From Terriglobia bacterium (GTDB lineage: Bacteria; Acidobacteriota; Terriglobia; JAIQFV01): a stretch of DNA of 64,000 bases. The notes under the pieces are model-generated. The model was not told where the DNA came from. It was given only the letters and a program-made list of their open reading frames with translations, and did no database searches. The translations under genes and the position numbers were made by a program. The stretch's first letter is position 1. Each line of letters begins with the position of its first letter. The stretch spans positions 158,101-222,100 of the forward strand of contig JBGQBO010000001.1 in assembly GCA_041494885.1 (NCBI GenBank), read 5' to 3'. Shown here one piece after another: positions 29,342-39,871 of the stretch.

Positions 29342-30538
29342 GTGGATACCCTTGTGCGCGCAGCCGACCTGCTGGGTCGGATCAAGAAAGAGAAACGGTT
29401 AAACACCGTGGTGTTCTTCGTGACCTCGATCTGCAATGAGAAATGCCGCCACTGCTTCTACTGGGAGGAGTTGAACCAACGCGGTGATCTCACCCTGGAA
29501 CAAATCAAGAGAATCTCCCAGACCATGCCCGCGATCACTGATCTGTGGATCTCCGGGGGCGAGCCCTTCATGCGAAAGGATCTCCCGGAAATCATCGAAA
29601 CCTTTTCTCGAAACAACGGCGTCCGATGGATCAATCTTCCCACCAACGGGCTCTTTAAGGACCGAGCACATGACTGGCTGCCCCGCGTTTTGGACCGCTG
29701 CCCACTGCTCCGAATTGACTTAAATGTCAGTGTGGACGGGTTCCGCGAGACGCACGAGAAGATTCGAGGCGTTCCCGGTTGTTACGGGAAGACCCTGGAA
29801 ATGATCCAGAGCCTGCCGGCACTCGTCGGGAGGTACCGCCGTCAACTCCGGGTCAATGTAAATACCTGTCTGAACAGCGACAATTACGCCGAGTTGATTG
29901 ATTTCATGAAGTTCGTCTTCAATGAACTCCCAGTAGACGGACAATACCTCCAACTCATCCGGGGGAATCCGATGGATCCCGATTTGAAAAATATCCCCCC
30001 TCGCGCACTCCAGGAGATTTATGACTTCGCCCGGGTACTTTACGAGAAGTATTCGGAGCGCATGTTCCGTCATCTGGGGGGTCTTTCAAGGGGATTGGCA
30101 AAGACGGCCTACGTGGGAACCCTTGCCCTGCACAACAAGATCCAATATGCCAATTACCTCGAGTCCACCCCATGGCCGATGGCCTGTACCGCCGGAGAGA
30201 CCTTCTGTGTGATCGATTACAATGGCGACGTCCGCGCCTGTGAACTGCGTGGAAAACTCGCTAGTCTTCGCGATTATGAGTACGATTTCTCCAGGTTCTG
30301 GTCCGACCGGCTTCGGCAGAAAGAGTTGAACCAGATCGTGTGTGACCAATGCTGGTGCACGCACGTATGCAATATCCATGATTCCTTGAGATATGCCCCC
30401 AAGGTACTCCTCTATGAGATTCCCACCACGTTCATCGAGACTCGCCCCAATGCCGCCGCGCATGCTCATTTCCACGACCCCTTCGCTGATCCAGATCGAT
30501 TGAAGGGCAAACCAACCCCTTTGCGGACAGGTCAGTAG
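29342..30538 (+). CDS. Radical SAM protein with a C-terminal Cys-rich SPASM/twitch-like region
   Basis: 398 aa; CNEKCRHC = CxxxCxxC, SGGEPF glycine motif, C-terminal CTAGETFC...C...CDQCWCTHVC cysteine cluster; substrate unknown. Confidence 0.75.
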   Translation: MDTLVRAADLLGRIKKEKRLNTVVFFVTSICNEKCRHCFYWEELNQRGDLTLEQIKRISQTMPAITDLWISGGEPFMRKDLPEIIETFSRNNGVRWINLPTNGLFKDRAHDWLPRVLDRCPLLRIDLNVSVDGFRETHEKIRGVPGCYGKTLEMIQSLPALVGRYRRQLRVNVNTCLNSDNYAELIDFMKFVFNELPVDGQYLQLIRGNPMDPDLKNIPPRALQEIYDFARVLYEKYSERMFRHLGGLSRGLAKTAYVGTLALHNKIQYANYLESTPWPMACTAGETFCVIDYNGDVRACELRGKLASLRDYEYDFSRFWSDRLRQKELNQIVCDQCWCTHVCNIHDSLRYAPKVLLYEIPTTFIETRPNAAAHAHFHDPFADPDRLKGKPTPLRTGQ

Positions 30539-30633
30539 AAAGATTCTATTTTCGTTTCGAGAGGGAGTTCTGGTGGTCGGCCAGATCGATGGAGACACCC
30601 CGTCTGCGGTAAAACAAGTTTCTTCAAGGACCG

Positions 30634-31191
30634 CTAGAAAAGGATTTTGAACGAGAGATATCGTTTATGGAGAAAGGAATCGAGCCCCCAAGACCGGCCG
30701 CCATGCGAGGAAAGAAAGATCAAGAATAACAAGGCAGGACAAAAGTGTTCCAGGTTGGCGCCAAAGTATCTCCACAGTGGCCAATCGGGTTGATATCCCG
30801 TGGAAAAGGCCAGGGCCATCATGTAAGTGAATCCGAGCATCGACGAAAGACCCACGCCAGCTCCGAGCACGAGAGACAAGCCAATCAAGAGCTCTCCCAC
30901 CCCTACGAAATAACCAAAAAAAGTAGCGTGCGGGAGAACTAAATTCTGAAGGACCGGTTTGAAGAAGGGATAGGCAGAGTCACTGATAAAGCTGTGGAGA
31001 TAGTTCTGCAGACCGCCGTGCGCAAAGGCAGGGGTCGCCACTTTGTATTGGCCGAACAACAAAAAGAAAGATCCTAAAATCACGCGGCAAAATACCAGAG
31101 TTTTTCGCCCGGCCCCTTGTTCCATCTCGCCTCCCGTTTTTTCCCCTGTCCCGTTTTCATCGCGGGCCCAAGAGTAAGTCCCTGGACCCAT
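30634..31191 (-). CDS. DoxX-family membrane protein
   Basis: 185 aa; four TM helices, typical DoxX size and topology; N-terminal ~30 aa may be an over-extension. Confidence 0.55.
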   Translation of the reverse strand: MGPGTYSWARDENGTGEKTGGEMEQGAGRKTLVFCRVILGSFFLLFGQYKVATPAFAHGGLQNYLHSFISDSAYPFFKPVLQNLVLPHATFFGYFVGVGELLIGLSLVLGAGVGLSSMLGFTYMMALAFSTGYQPDWPLWRYFGANLEHFCPALLFLIFLSSHGGRSWGLDSFLHKRYLSFKILF

Positions 31192-31445
31192 CGCTCTCCT
31201 ATTTTCCAGAGAAGACTACCCTTGAATTGACCTTGGTTCAAGGTGATTACGCCCAATAGTCCCACCCTCGGATCAAGGTCTAAGTGAAAAGGGGGGGGGC
31301 ACCTGGCCGCAAAGGCAATCGCGGAGAATAATAGAGGACCCTCCCGCGGAATAGCGGGCGAAGCCTGCCCCCCGTGATCCCTCATAGACAGGGGCTTTAC
31401 AACATTTCGTGCCATGGATAGAATGAGTCCATCGAGAAACCAATC

Positions 31446-32435
31446 ATGCAAACAACTAGGTTTGACGTAGCCATCATCGGCGCCGGGCCCGCGGGATTGG
31501 CGTGCGGGATTGAAGCCAAACGGGCGGGATTGAGTCACATTATTTTCGATAAGGGCTGCCTCGTTAATTCTCTTACTCGTTTTCCCGTGAATATGGTGTT
31601 TTTTACGACACCTGAGCTGCTCGAAATCGGCGATTTGCCGCTGGTATCTGCCCACGAGAAACCTACCCGTTTGGAAGGACTAAAGTATTACCGGCGTGCA
31701 ACGGAGACTTATGGCTTGAATGTTCACCAGTACGAGAGAGTCGAAGGAATCGCAGGGAATGACGGGGATTTCAGCATTCACACCACCACGCGATTGGGTG
31801 ATGGCCGAGTTTACGGCTCCCGGAAACTGATCGTGGCCACCGGCTATTACGACAATCCTAACAGGCTGGGGATCCCTGGCGAAGACCTTCCCAAAGTGTC
31901 GCATTACTATACAGAAGCACACCCCTTTTACAATCAGGACGTCGCGGTGATTGGGGGCCGCAACTCCGCGATTGAGGCAGCCCTGGATTTGTTTCGAAAC
32001 AATTCCCATGTGACCCTGATTTACCGCGGCGCGGAATTCGGCAGCTCAGTCAAGTATTGGATCAAACCGGATATTGAAAACCGGGTCAAGCGGAATGAAA
32101 TCAAGGTTCATTTCAATACCCGGGTGGTCGAGATCAAGCCGGGCTCCATCGTTATTCAGAATTCGAATGCGAATGAAGAGCTCAAGAATGACTTCGTTTT
32201 TGCCCTGACGGGCTATCGCCCGGATGAGCGCTTCTTGCGATCGCTGGGCATCGAACTGAACCCCGTCGACTTGAAACCGAAGATCCACGCTGAGACCTTC
32301 GAAACGAACGTTCCGGGAACCTATATGGCAGGCGCGGTTGTCGCAGGCCTCAAAAACAACGAAATCTTCATCGAAAACGGACGATTCCACGGAAAGGCAG
32401 TCCTGCAATCCATCACCCGGGCTCTACGAGGCTGA
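31446..32435 (+). CDS. FAD/NAD(P)-binding oxidoreductase, YpdA-like (putative bacillithiol-disulfide/thioredoxin-reductase-like)
   Basis: 329 aa; FDVAIIGAGPAGLACG dinucleotide motif, second Rossmann VAVIGGRNSAIEAA, length and motif pattern of the YpdA family. Confidence 0.6.
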   Translation: MQTTRFDVAIIGAGPAGLACGIEAKRAGLSHIIFDKGCLVNSLTRFPVNMVFFTTPELLEIGDLPLVSAHEKPTRLEGLKYYRRATETYGLNVHQYERVEGIAGNDGDFSIHTTTRLGDGRVYGSRKLIVATGYYDNPNRLGIPGEDLPKVSHYYTEAHPFYNQDVAVIGGRNSAIEAALDLFRNNSHVTLIYRGAEFGSSVKYWIKPDIENRVKRNEIKVHFNTRVVEIKPGSIVIQNSNANEELKNDFVFALTGYRPDERFLRSLGIELNPVDLKPKIHAETFETNVPGTYMAGAVVAGLKNNEIFIENGRFHGKAVLQSITRALRG

Positions 32436-32438
32436 CCC

Positions 32439-32888
32439 ATGACCCTTCAGGAACGGATCCAAAAGGATATTCAGGACGCCATGCGCGCCAAGGATTCAAT
32501 ACGACTGGATGCACTGCGCATGACGAAGTCGGCCATCAAGAACAAAGAGGTCGAGAAAATAAGACCTTTGGATGAAAACGAATGCCTTCAAGTCCTCGCC
32601 TCGTTGATCAAACAGCGCAAGGACTCCATCGAGCAATTTACCCGGGGTGGGCGTCCGGAATTGGCCGCCAAAGAGGCGGCTGAGATCAAGATTATTGAAG
32701 CCTACATGCCCGCTGCAGCCACCGCCGAGGACCTGGAGAAGGCAGTGGCCGACGCGATTGCGGAAACAGGCGCTTCTTCAATCAAAGACATGGGGGTGGT
32801 GATGAAAGCCGCGATGGCGAAATTCGCCGGAAAGCCCGTCGATGGGAAAGCCGTAAATGAACTGGTGCGGCAAAAACTCGGATCCTGA
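32439..32888 (+). CDS. GatB/YqeY domain protein
   Basis: 149 aa; LQERIQKDIQDAMRAKD...RLDALRM..., classic YqeY. Confidence 0.8.
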   Translation: MTLQERIQKDIQDAMRAKDSIRLDALRMTKSAIKNKEVEKIRPLDENECLQVLASLIKQRKDSIEQFTRGGRPELAAKEAAEIKIIEAYMPAAATAEDLEKAVADAIAETGASSIKDMGVVMKAAMAKFAGKPVDGKAVNELVRQKLGS

Positions 32889-33401
32889 GAAGGCTTACTG
32901 GTGCCTTTTTAGTCGGGGTTCCCACCGAACACCTCTTGTGATTCAGTCGAGTGGATCCATGAAATGGTCTTACATTAATCGGATCGTTGTTGACCTGCTG
33001 GGAGCGCGGGCGTCCCGCCCGCCCTTGACAGTGAACATCGGAATGCCCGTCCTTCCTCGCGCCCCCAAGGGACTTTGTTCTGCCTCCATTATCGCTTCCT
33101 GCAAGCGGCGCTACTAAATTCCCATTCTTCAGCTCTAGAAACCAACCCGGCCCGTACCGGATTTTCATGGATGTAACGAACGGCGCATTCGAAGTGTCTG
33201 GCATTTCGAATGAACCGATCAAACTATTCAGGCTCCCAAAACTGTCCGGACTTTTCGAGAAGTCGATTTGCCTCTTTTGAGGTATAGGATTTCCAGTTTT
33301 CTCCGTTCTGGGGGAACTCGGTTTAATGGGACATTTTTTTATTTTCCAAGTCGTGCAAGCTGGTCTTGCGGAGGGCCGTGCGGGCGAGACGCCCGCGCTC
33401 C

Positions 33402-34907
33402 TCACACCCTTCTCCGGTACATCACCTGGATTCCCTCGCGCCAGCTCTCATTGATGCCCACCTTGATCACTTCAATCTCGCAAGGGAGGTACTTCAAAAT
33501 CCCTTCCGTGGTGGAGTGGAAGCGGAAGGCCGGAGAGACGAGGAATAGAATGGGTGATTGAGGTCCAGCTTTACCTCCCGAGAAGTACCCGCGGCGCTCG
33601 AAATCTCCGTGCTCGTGGTGCCACTTGACTCTCGTCCAGTAATCCAGCGCCTGCAGCGGAAGATTGATATCTTCGGCAACTTTCAGTTCGATGACCGCCA
33701 AACGTCGTTGGCGCGTCAGGGTCAGGATATCGATGACCCCTCGATCCAGTCCTGAAAAAGCAGGAACCTGTGGATACACAAAACCCGGATCGAGATCGAA
33801 GCTTATCTGTCGAATATCAGAGAGGACCAGAGACTCCAGCCACCTCTCCGATTGGAGGGAATAGTACGGGTGCATGGGGAGGAGGGATCCGGGACGTCGG
33901 ATCGACTGCAACTGGCGGATGAGAGAGGAAAGCTCTTTCTCTAGTCCTTCTACATATCTCTTCTCCATGCGACCCACTCCGAACTTGAGCTCCGACAACC
34001 TCTCATCTCCCAGCCGGGCAAATTCGAGGCCATGAAAACGGAAGGAGAAGAGACCCGAGGCGGGCCGGTGAACGATCTCGATAGAATCCAGCTGGGTACG
34101 GATCGGCAGCGGCAAGAATTCCAATGGAATCTTGTCAGAAGGCAAGGGGACCTGGTCAACCCGCGACAACTTCGTCTCTACGTTGCCAAAGTCTGCCAGA
34201 TCGATCGGGGTCACTTCTCGGATCCCATCGTCGTATTCCAACAGGTCCACCCGGAGTCCCGCACTCTGCAAATAGGCCGCCCGCGCCGCCAACGTGGCAC
34301 TTCTTCCCTCCGGAACCAGCAATTTCAAACCAACGAGAGACCCTCGATTCTTATCCTTCCGCATCTCATTGACCCAGATCAAGCCAAAGCTCAAGCAGCC
34401 ATCGATGGTGGATTGATCTTCGAAGGGATTAACTCCGAACACCGCCCAGCAACGATTCTTCTCGATCCCTACTCCCCGGCAATAATGCTCGGAAAAGGAG
34501 CGGCTTAGATCTTTACCTGAAATTATCTTATCGATGCGGACTTCAGGGTACTGTGACTGGAGTATCCTGAGGACTTGACTGGGAAATCTCCGACGCGCGG
34601 TTTTCCTTTCCAGCAGTGATTCTGAAGAGTGTGTGGCATCGAATTCCAGAGCAAAGGGACGAGAACCTCCATAGGCGGCTTGCAAAACCAGACGGTTCTT
34701 CTCGCATTCTTCCAGACTGCAAATTCGCCGCGTAAGAGATTGGTCTGAGTTCCAAAGTGTGAAGAGGAGCTTTCCAAACTGAATCTCAAAACAGAAATGC
34801 GAATCCTCAAGCTTGACCATGCCGGAACGGGTGTCACAGACGATGGTTTGAGGATGAGCGAGCAGAAACAACTCGAGCTGGTCCTTGAGTGCAGTCAGGT
34901 CGTCCAT
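33402..34907 (-). CDS. Hypothetical protein with a C-terminal PD-(D/E)xK-like motif
   Basis: 501 aa; no recognisable N-terminal domain. C-terminal GVIDILTLTRQRRLAVIELKVAE fits D...E-x-K nuclease-core spacing. Confidence 0.45.
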   Translation of the reverse strand: MDDLTALKDQLELFLLAHPQTIVCDTRSGMVKLEDSHFCFEIQFGKLLFTLWNSDQSLTRRICSLEECEKNRLVLQAAYGGSRPFALEFDATHSSESLLERKTARRRFPSQVLRILQSQYPEVRIDKIISGKDLSRSFSEHYCRGVGIEKNRCWAVFGVNPFEDQSTIDGCLSFGLIWVNEMRKDKNRGSLVGLKLLVPEGRSATLAARAAYLQSAGLRVDLLEYDDGIREVTPIDLADFGNVETKLSRVDQVPLPSDKIPLEFLPLPIRTQLDSIEIVHRPASGLFSFRFHGLEFARLGDERLSELKFGVGRMEKRYVEGLEKELSSLIRQLQSIRRPGSLLPMHPYYSLQSERWLESLVLSDIRQISFDLDPGFVYPQVPAFSGLDRGVIDILTLTRQRRLAVIELKVAEDINLPLQALDYWTRVKWHHEHGDFERRGYFSGGKAGPQSPILFLVSPAFRFHSTTEGILKYLPCEIEVIKVGINESWREGIQVMYRRRV

Positions 34908-35152
34908 TGAATTTAAGGGAGCCGATCCGGGGGAAGGGTTAAGACATCGTCAACGTTGTCATCATAGCGCGGAGTGAGTTTCAGGGGAAGAGGAAACAGC
35001 GACCGGGCGGGAAGAGTTCCTCATGGCCACAACCTCCGGGCGCAGCCACGGGGGTGAGGATTCCGACCATGAAAGAACTCCCATCGTGAGTTGAGCGGGG
35101 AGATGGGGGAGGAAAAAGAATCCTAAGGTGATGGGGCGAGAAGAAGGCCGGA

Positions 35153-37261
35153 TCAGCCTTCCTCCTCCTCCTCTTCTTTTCCAGCCCTTGCCGCCTTGGC
35201 AGCCTCAATGATTTTCAGTGAGATCTGACTGGGAACGATGTCGTAGTGTGAAAATTCCATGGAGTAGCTGCCGCGGCCCTGCGTGGCGGAGGTCAAGACG
35301 GGCGCGTAGGTCAGCATCTCCGACATGGGGACCTGGGCCTTGATAATCTGATTTCCACTGCGGGAATCCATGCCCTGGATTCGCCCCCGGCGTGAGTTCA
35401 AATCTCCCATCAGGTCGCCGGCATACTGTTCGGGAGCAATGATCTCTACATTCATGATCGGCTCGAGCAATACGGGCTTGGCCTGTTCCATCGCTTTCTT
35501 GAATGCCAGCGAACCCGCGATCTTAAAGGCCAGTTCCGAGGAGTCGACATCGTGATACGAGCCGTCGTAGAGGATGGTCCTGAAATCGACCACCGGATAT
35601 CCCGCCAGAAAACCACGGGACGCGGCATCGATAATCCCTTTTTCCACGGCCGGAATGAAGTTCCTCGGAATGGAGCCTCCAAAGATCTCATTCACGAACT
35701 CGAAGCCCTGGCCCCGCGGGAGCGGCTCCATCTTGATCTTGCAGTCTCCGTATTGCCCGTGGCCCCCGGTTTGTTTCTTGTGACGGCCCTGCGCATCAGC
35801 TTTCCCGATGACCGTCTCACGATAGGGAACTTTGGGGGTCTTCAATTTCACTTCCACCTGGTACCGACGTTTCAACCGGGAGACGATGATTTCAATGTGC
35901 TGCTGCCCGGTGCCGGAAAGCAGGAGTTCATGTGTCTGTGGATCCCGGCTGAACCGAAGCGCGAGGTCTTCTTCCAGGATTCTGTGAATGGAAGTGCCAA
36001 TCCGGTCTTCGTCCTGGCGCGACTTCGGCTCAATGGCAAAGGCAATGGCGGGCTCAGGAAACTTGACCGGCTTGTAATAAATCGGATGTGCCTTGTCCCC
36101 CAGCGAGTCGCCCGTCACAGTATCCTTCAACTTGGCGACTGCCCCGATATCTCCCGCTCTTAACTCCGGGACCGCCGTCGCATTTTTTCCCTGGAGGATG
36201 CCAATGTGCGCCATTTTTTCGGATGACCCGCGGGTGAGGTTTTGGACGGTCGCGTCATTCTTCAGTACCCCCGAATACACCCGGAAGTAGGTGACCCGGC
36301 CGGCAAAGGGATCTGCCACGGTCTTGAAGACAAAGAGGGAAAGCGGCTCATCGTCCGACACTTTGCGCGTGGTCTCTTTTTCTTCCTGGGAGGATTCAGA
36401 TCCCGCCACGGGCCGGGCGTTTGCTGCGGGCATGTAGGTGACGATGGCCTCGAGCAGGTTTTGTGCGCCGATGTTGAAATTCGCCGAAGCACAAAGGACT
36501 GGCACGATCCGGCGCTCCGCGATCGCCTGTTTCAGACCCTTTTCAAGATCTTCCAGGGGCAGGGTTCCCTTGTCAAAGAACTCCTCCATCAAGGCATCAT
36601 TTCCCTCGGCCACCTGTTCCACAAGCGCCTCATGCGCCTTTTGCGCAGCTTCCTGCAAATCTCCCGGGATGTCACTTTCCGTTGCCTTGCCGCTTCCCGT
36701 CGTGTCATAAAGGTAGGCCTTCAAGCTGACGAGATCGATGACCCCGCGAAAAGCCTTTTCAAGACCAATGGGAAGTTGGATGGCCATGGCCGCGCGGCCA
36801 AAGTTCTCCCGGATCGATTCAAGGGAGCGCTCAAAACTGGCCCGCTCGCGATCCAGCTTATTCATGATGATCAATCGAGGAAGGCTGAATTCATCCGCGA
36901 AAGACCATACCCTTTCAGTTTGCACCTCGACACCGGCCACCGCATCGACGATGACCGCTGCCGCGTCGGCCACGCGCAGCGCCGCCCGCGTATCATTGAT
37001 GAAAAAGCCATATCCCGGAGTGTCAAGGAAGTTGATTTTGGCCTTATTCCATTCCGCGTAGGCCATTGAGGTGCTGATAGTGATCTTCCGTTCAATCTCC
37101 TCTTCGTCGTAATCCGTGACGGTAGTTCCCTCGTCGACACGACCCAGCCGGTTCACCATCCCCGCCGTAAACAGCAAACCTGAAACAATCGAGGTCTTGC
37201 CTGAGCTCCCGTGTCCGACAAAACAAAGATTGCGAATATTTGCCCCCTCGTAGACCTTCAC
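35153..37261 (-). CDS. Elongation factor G paralog (EF-G2-like GTPase)
   Basis: 702 aa; G1 GHGSSGKTS, G3 DTPGYGFF, G4 NKLD, domains II-V; unusual acidic tail KEEEEEEG. Confidence 0.85.
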   Translation of the reverse strand: MKVYEGANIRNLCFVGHGSSGKTSIVSGLLFTAGMVNRLGRVDEGTTVTDYDEEEIERKITISTSMAYAEWNKAKINFLDTPGYGFFINDTRAALRVADAAAVIVDAVAGVEVQTERVWSFADEFSLPRLIIMNKLDRERASFERSLESIRENFGRAAMAIQLPIGLEKAFRGVIDLVSLKAYLYDTTGSGKATESDIPGDLQEAAQKAHEALVEQVAEGNDALMEEFFDKGTLPLEDLEKGLKQAIAERRIVPVLCASANFNIGAQNLLEAIVTYMPAANARPVAGSESSQEEKETTRKVSDDEPLSLFVFKTVADPFAGRVTYFRVYSGVLKNDATVQNLTRGSSEKMAHIGILQGKNATAVPELRAGDIGAVAKLKDTVTGDSLGDKAHPIYYKPVKFPEPAIAFAIEPKSRQDEDRIGTSIHRILEEDLALRFSRDPQTHELLLSGTGQQHIEIIVSRLKRRYQVEVKLKTPKVPYRETVIGKADAQGRHKKQTGGHGQYGDCKIKMEPLPRGQGFEFVNEIFGGSIPRNFIPAVEKGIIDAASRGFLAGYPVVDFRTILYDGSYHDVDSSELAFKIAGSLAFKKAMEQAKPVLLEPIMNVEIIAPEQYAGDLMGDLNSRRGRIQGMDSRSGNQIIKAQVPMSEMLTYAPVLTSATQGRGSYSMEFSHYDIVPSQISLKIIEAAKAARAGKEEEEEEG

Positions 37262-37527
37262 GCGTAACTCCTTTCAGGACAAGTGAATTCGAGATCGAAA
37301 TTGAGAGATGATGGTCTTACTGAGAATTCATGAACGGGCGAAAAGCGAGCATCCTATCATAGGAATTCGAATCGATTCAACCGAAATGGCGCGTCCTTGC
37401 ACAACACCCGAGGCCCTGCGCTGTGGATTGATTGATTGAATTTTCCCGGTAAATCGGTACAATCAGGGCGCTTCGGCAGGCTTGTGACGTGTCGCCCCGC
37501 AAGTCTTAAGTAGGATCCGCCACTTCC

Positions 37528-38151
37528 ATGCAACAAATCTTCCAAGAGATGGTTCATCTTTTTGTCCTGTATGGATACTGGACCGTCTTCTTCGGAGTCA
37601 TGCTCGAGAACACGGGAATCCCCGTACCCGGTGAAACGGTCCTGCTGGTGGCCAGTTTCCTGTCGGCTCACAGCAATGCCGTGGAACTGAAGATCGAGTG
37701 GATTATCATCATTGCCATTTGTGGCGCCACCCTGGGAGACAACTTAGGTTACTGGATTGGACGCCGGGGAGGCCGCCCTTTCCTGGAACGGCACGCCAAG
37801 CGCTTTTTCATCCGGAAACATCATATTGAGCAAGCCGAGGGGGTTTTCCAGCGCTATGGAACCTGGACAGTTTTCTTTGCACGGTTTATTACCGGCCTTC
37901 GTGTTGTCGCCGGACCGTTTGCGGGGGTGCTCCAACTGCCCTGGCCTCGTTTCTTGCTGTTCAATTTTTCCGGCGCGGTGCTGTGGGCCACGGCAATCTC
38001 TTTGGCGGGATACTTCTTCGGCAGTGAATGGCCCCTTCTCCTAAAGATCATCAAGCGGTTCAACCTGGTGGTCCTGGTCGCTTTTATCCTCCTGGTCTGC
38101 TTCCTATACCTGCGGCATCGATCCAGGCACCCGGGAAAGACGCCCCCATGA
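37528..38151 (+). CDS. DedA/SNARE-associated family membrane protein
   Basis: 207 aa; YGYWTVFFGVMLENTGIPVPGE... DedA signature. Confidence 0.8.
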   Translation: MQQIFQEMVHLFVLYGYWTVFFGVMLENTGIPVPGETVLLVASFLSAHSNAVELKIEWIIIIAICGATLGDNLGYWIGRRGGRPFLERHAKRFFIRKHHIEQAEGVFQRYGTWTVFFARFITGLRVVAGPFAGVLQLPWPRFLLFNFSGAVLWATAISLAGYFFGSEWPLLLKIIKRFNLVVLVAFILLVCFLYLRHRSRHPGKTPP

Positions 38152-38163
38152 CAAATCCTTCTC

Positions 38164-38775
38164 TCACTCCCTTCCCTTCCGAACCTTGTCCTGCATGGAA
38201 CCGAGAAGTTTATTGGCCGTTTCATCGAGGCACTGTTGGATCCCCTGGACCACGGCGGCGACCGTCCGGACTGTCACCGGCCGCGAGCACGATTCCTCTC
38301 CACGCCAGACGTTCAGGCCGGTTTTGTTATCGAACAGTTCAGCCTCGACTTCCACTTCCGCCGAGACCTGTTTCCCCCGATCCACTTCCTCAAAGCGTCG
38401 CACCCGCCCTCTCAGCTTATAGTCGGCCTTATCGGCATCCCGGCTGCTAGTGACACTGGCATAGGCCCCGGAGTCTTTCAAATGGTGGGTAAAATAATTA
38501 CTCACCAGGTCGACCGGTGGGCTCGTCCAGCGCTCGTATTCGTAGTAATTCACTTCGTTCTCGTTTTCGCGGTAAAGGATGCGGTCCTCGAGGAGCACGT
38601 GGTTGGCGCGGAAGCGTTCAACGGTAATCGTCTTGGGGATAGCCGCCGCACTGTTGGATTGGACGTGTGGAGATTCCACGATGTAATAATGCGTCTTGGG
38701 GATGCCGCAGTTCACAGACATCGACAAGGACAAAGCCGCCAAACCTCCCGCAAGCTTCTTGTTCATGCTTTGCAC
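38164..38775 (-). CDS. ABC-type transport auxiliary lipoprotein (PqiC/YmbA-like, DUF330) associated with the MCE system
   Basis: 203 aa; lipobox SVNCG; size and position immediately downstream of mlaD-like gene. Confidence 0.55.
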   Translation of the reverse strand: MQSMNKKLAGGLAALSLSMSVNCGIPKTHYYIVESPHVQSNSAAAIPKTITVERFRANHVLLEDRILYRENENEVNYYEYERWTSPPVDLVSNYFTHHLKDSGAYASVTSSRDADKADYKLRGRVRRFEEVDRGKQVSAEVEVEAELFDNKTGLNVWRGEESCSRPVTVRTVAAVVQGIQQCLDETANKLLGSMQDKVRKGRE

Positions 38776-38871
38776 TCCTGCTCAACACGATTTTTGGATT
38801 CATCGGATCCCGGGAAAATTCCAGGGATCCTGCCTAGCGATGTCCCTTCGTGACCGACCCTCGTTCCCTTT

Positions 38872-39849
38872 TCACTTGGGTACTTTCCGGTCCGGAACCG
38901 GCTTGACGCGGATCAGGCTGAAGGGCCGCTGCTTAATCGTCCCGGTGAATTGCGAAAGATTTTCCGAACTGCGTCGAAAATTCTCTATCATGGCATCGAT
39001 GTCGCTGCGGTTGGACAACAGGGTGGAGTCGATCTCCTCCATCAGTTTTCTCGCCTGGAGCAGGGTCGTCTCCAGCTCGGCGAGGTCCGTCTTAATCTGG
39101 GGGCGATCCTCGATGACGGTGTTGTCCAGGTGCCCGACCAGCGCATCGAGCTTTGATGTGGCCTTCCGGATATCATCCATCAAGGGATCCAGTTTCTTTG
39201 TGGTCGCCTGCAGGTTCGAGGTGATGGCATTGATCCGAGGGGAATTCTGAGCAATCAGAGAATTCGTTTTTTCAAGTGTCTCCGACAAATTCCTCCGGTT
39301 TTTTTCGTTCGTCACCTCATTCAGATTTGAGAGCAACAGATCCGCCCTCGAAGAAATCTGGTTGATGTTCTTGTCCAGGTCTTTGATCAACTTCTGGGCA
39401 TCGTCGGAAAGCCCGTTGAACTTCGTCAGTAGCGCACTGAATTCCGGGGTCTCTTCAGAACGGATCCGGTCGCCTGGTTTAAGCACCGGCGAGTTCTTGT
39501 CGCCCGGGCTGATTTCAATGTAATTTTCCCCCAGCGCATTGAGTGAGGCCAACCGGGCAACGCTGTCCGTCTTCAGCGGAACTCCTTCCCGAAGGCGAAG
39601 ATCCACCTCGATGAGGGATGGGTCGTTGGGGGCGAAATGCACACTGGCGACCTTCCCGACCTTGATTCCTCCAAAGCGCACAATACTGTCGCTTTCAAGT
39701 CCTCCCGCAAACTTGAAATAGGTCATATAGGCCTTACTCGCCGGGCGGAAGGGGTTGTAGTGAACCATCATGGAAATGGCAAGGATCAAGATCACACCCG
39801 CCACCATCACCATGATTCCCACCTTCACTTCATCGGATCTATTTGCCAT
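38872..39849 (-). CDS. mlaD: MCE-family protein (MlaD-like substrate-binding component)
   Basis: 325 aa; N-terminal TM, MCE domain (GIKVGKV...), long C-terminal coiled-coil. Confidence 0.8.
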   Translation of the reverse strand: MANRSDEVKVGIMVMVAGVILILAISMMVHYNPFRPASKAYMTYFKFAGGLESDSIVRFGGIKVGKVASVHFAPNDPSLIEVDLRLREGVPLKTDSVARLASLNALGENYIEISPGDKNSPVLKPGDRIRSEETPEFSALLTKFNGLSDDAQKLIKDLDKNINQISSRADLLLSNLNEVTNEKNRRNLSETLEKTNSLIAQNSPRINAITSNLQATTKKLDPLMDDIRKATSKLDALVGHLDNTVIEDRPQIKTDLAELETTLLQARKLMEEIDSTLLSNRSDIDAMIENFRRSSENLSQFTGTIKQRPFSLIRVKPVPDRKVPK

Positions 39850-39871
39850 GATCTATCCCATCCTCCGTGGG

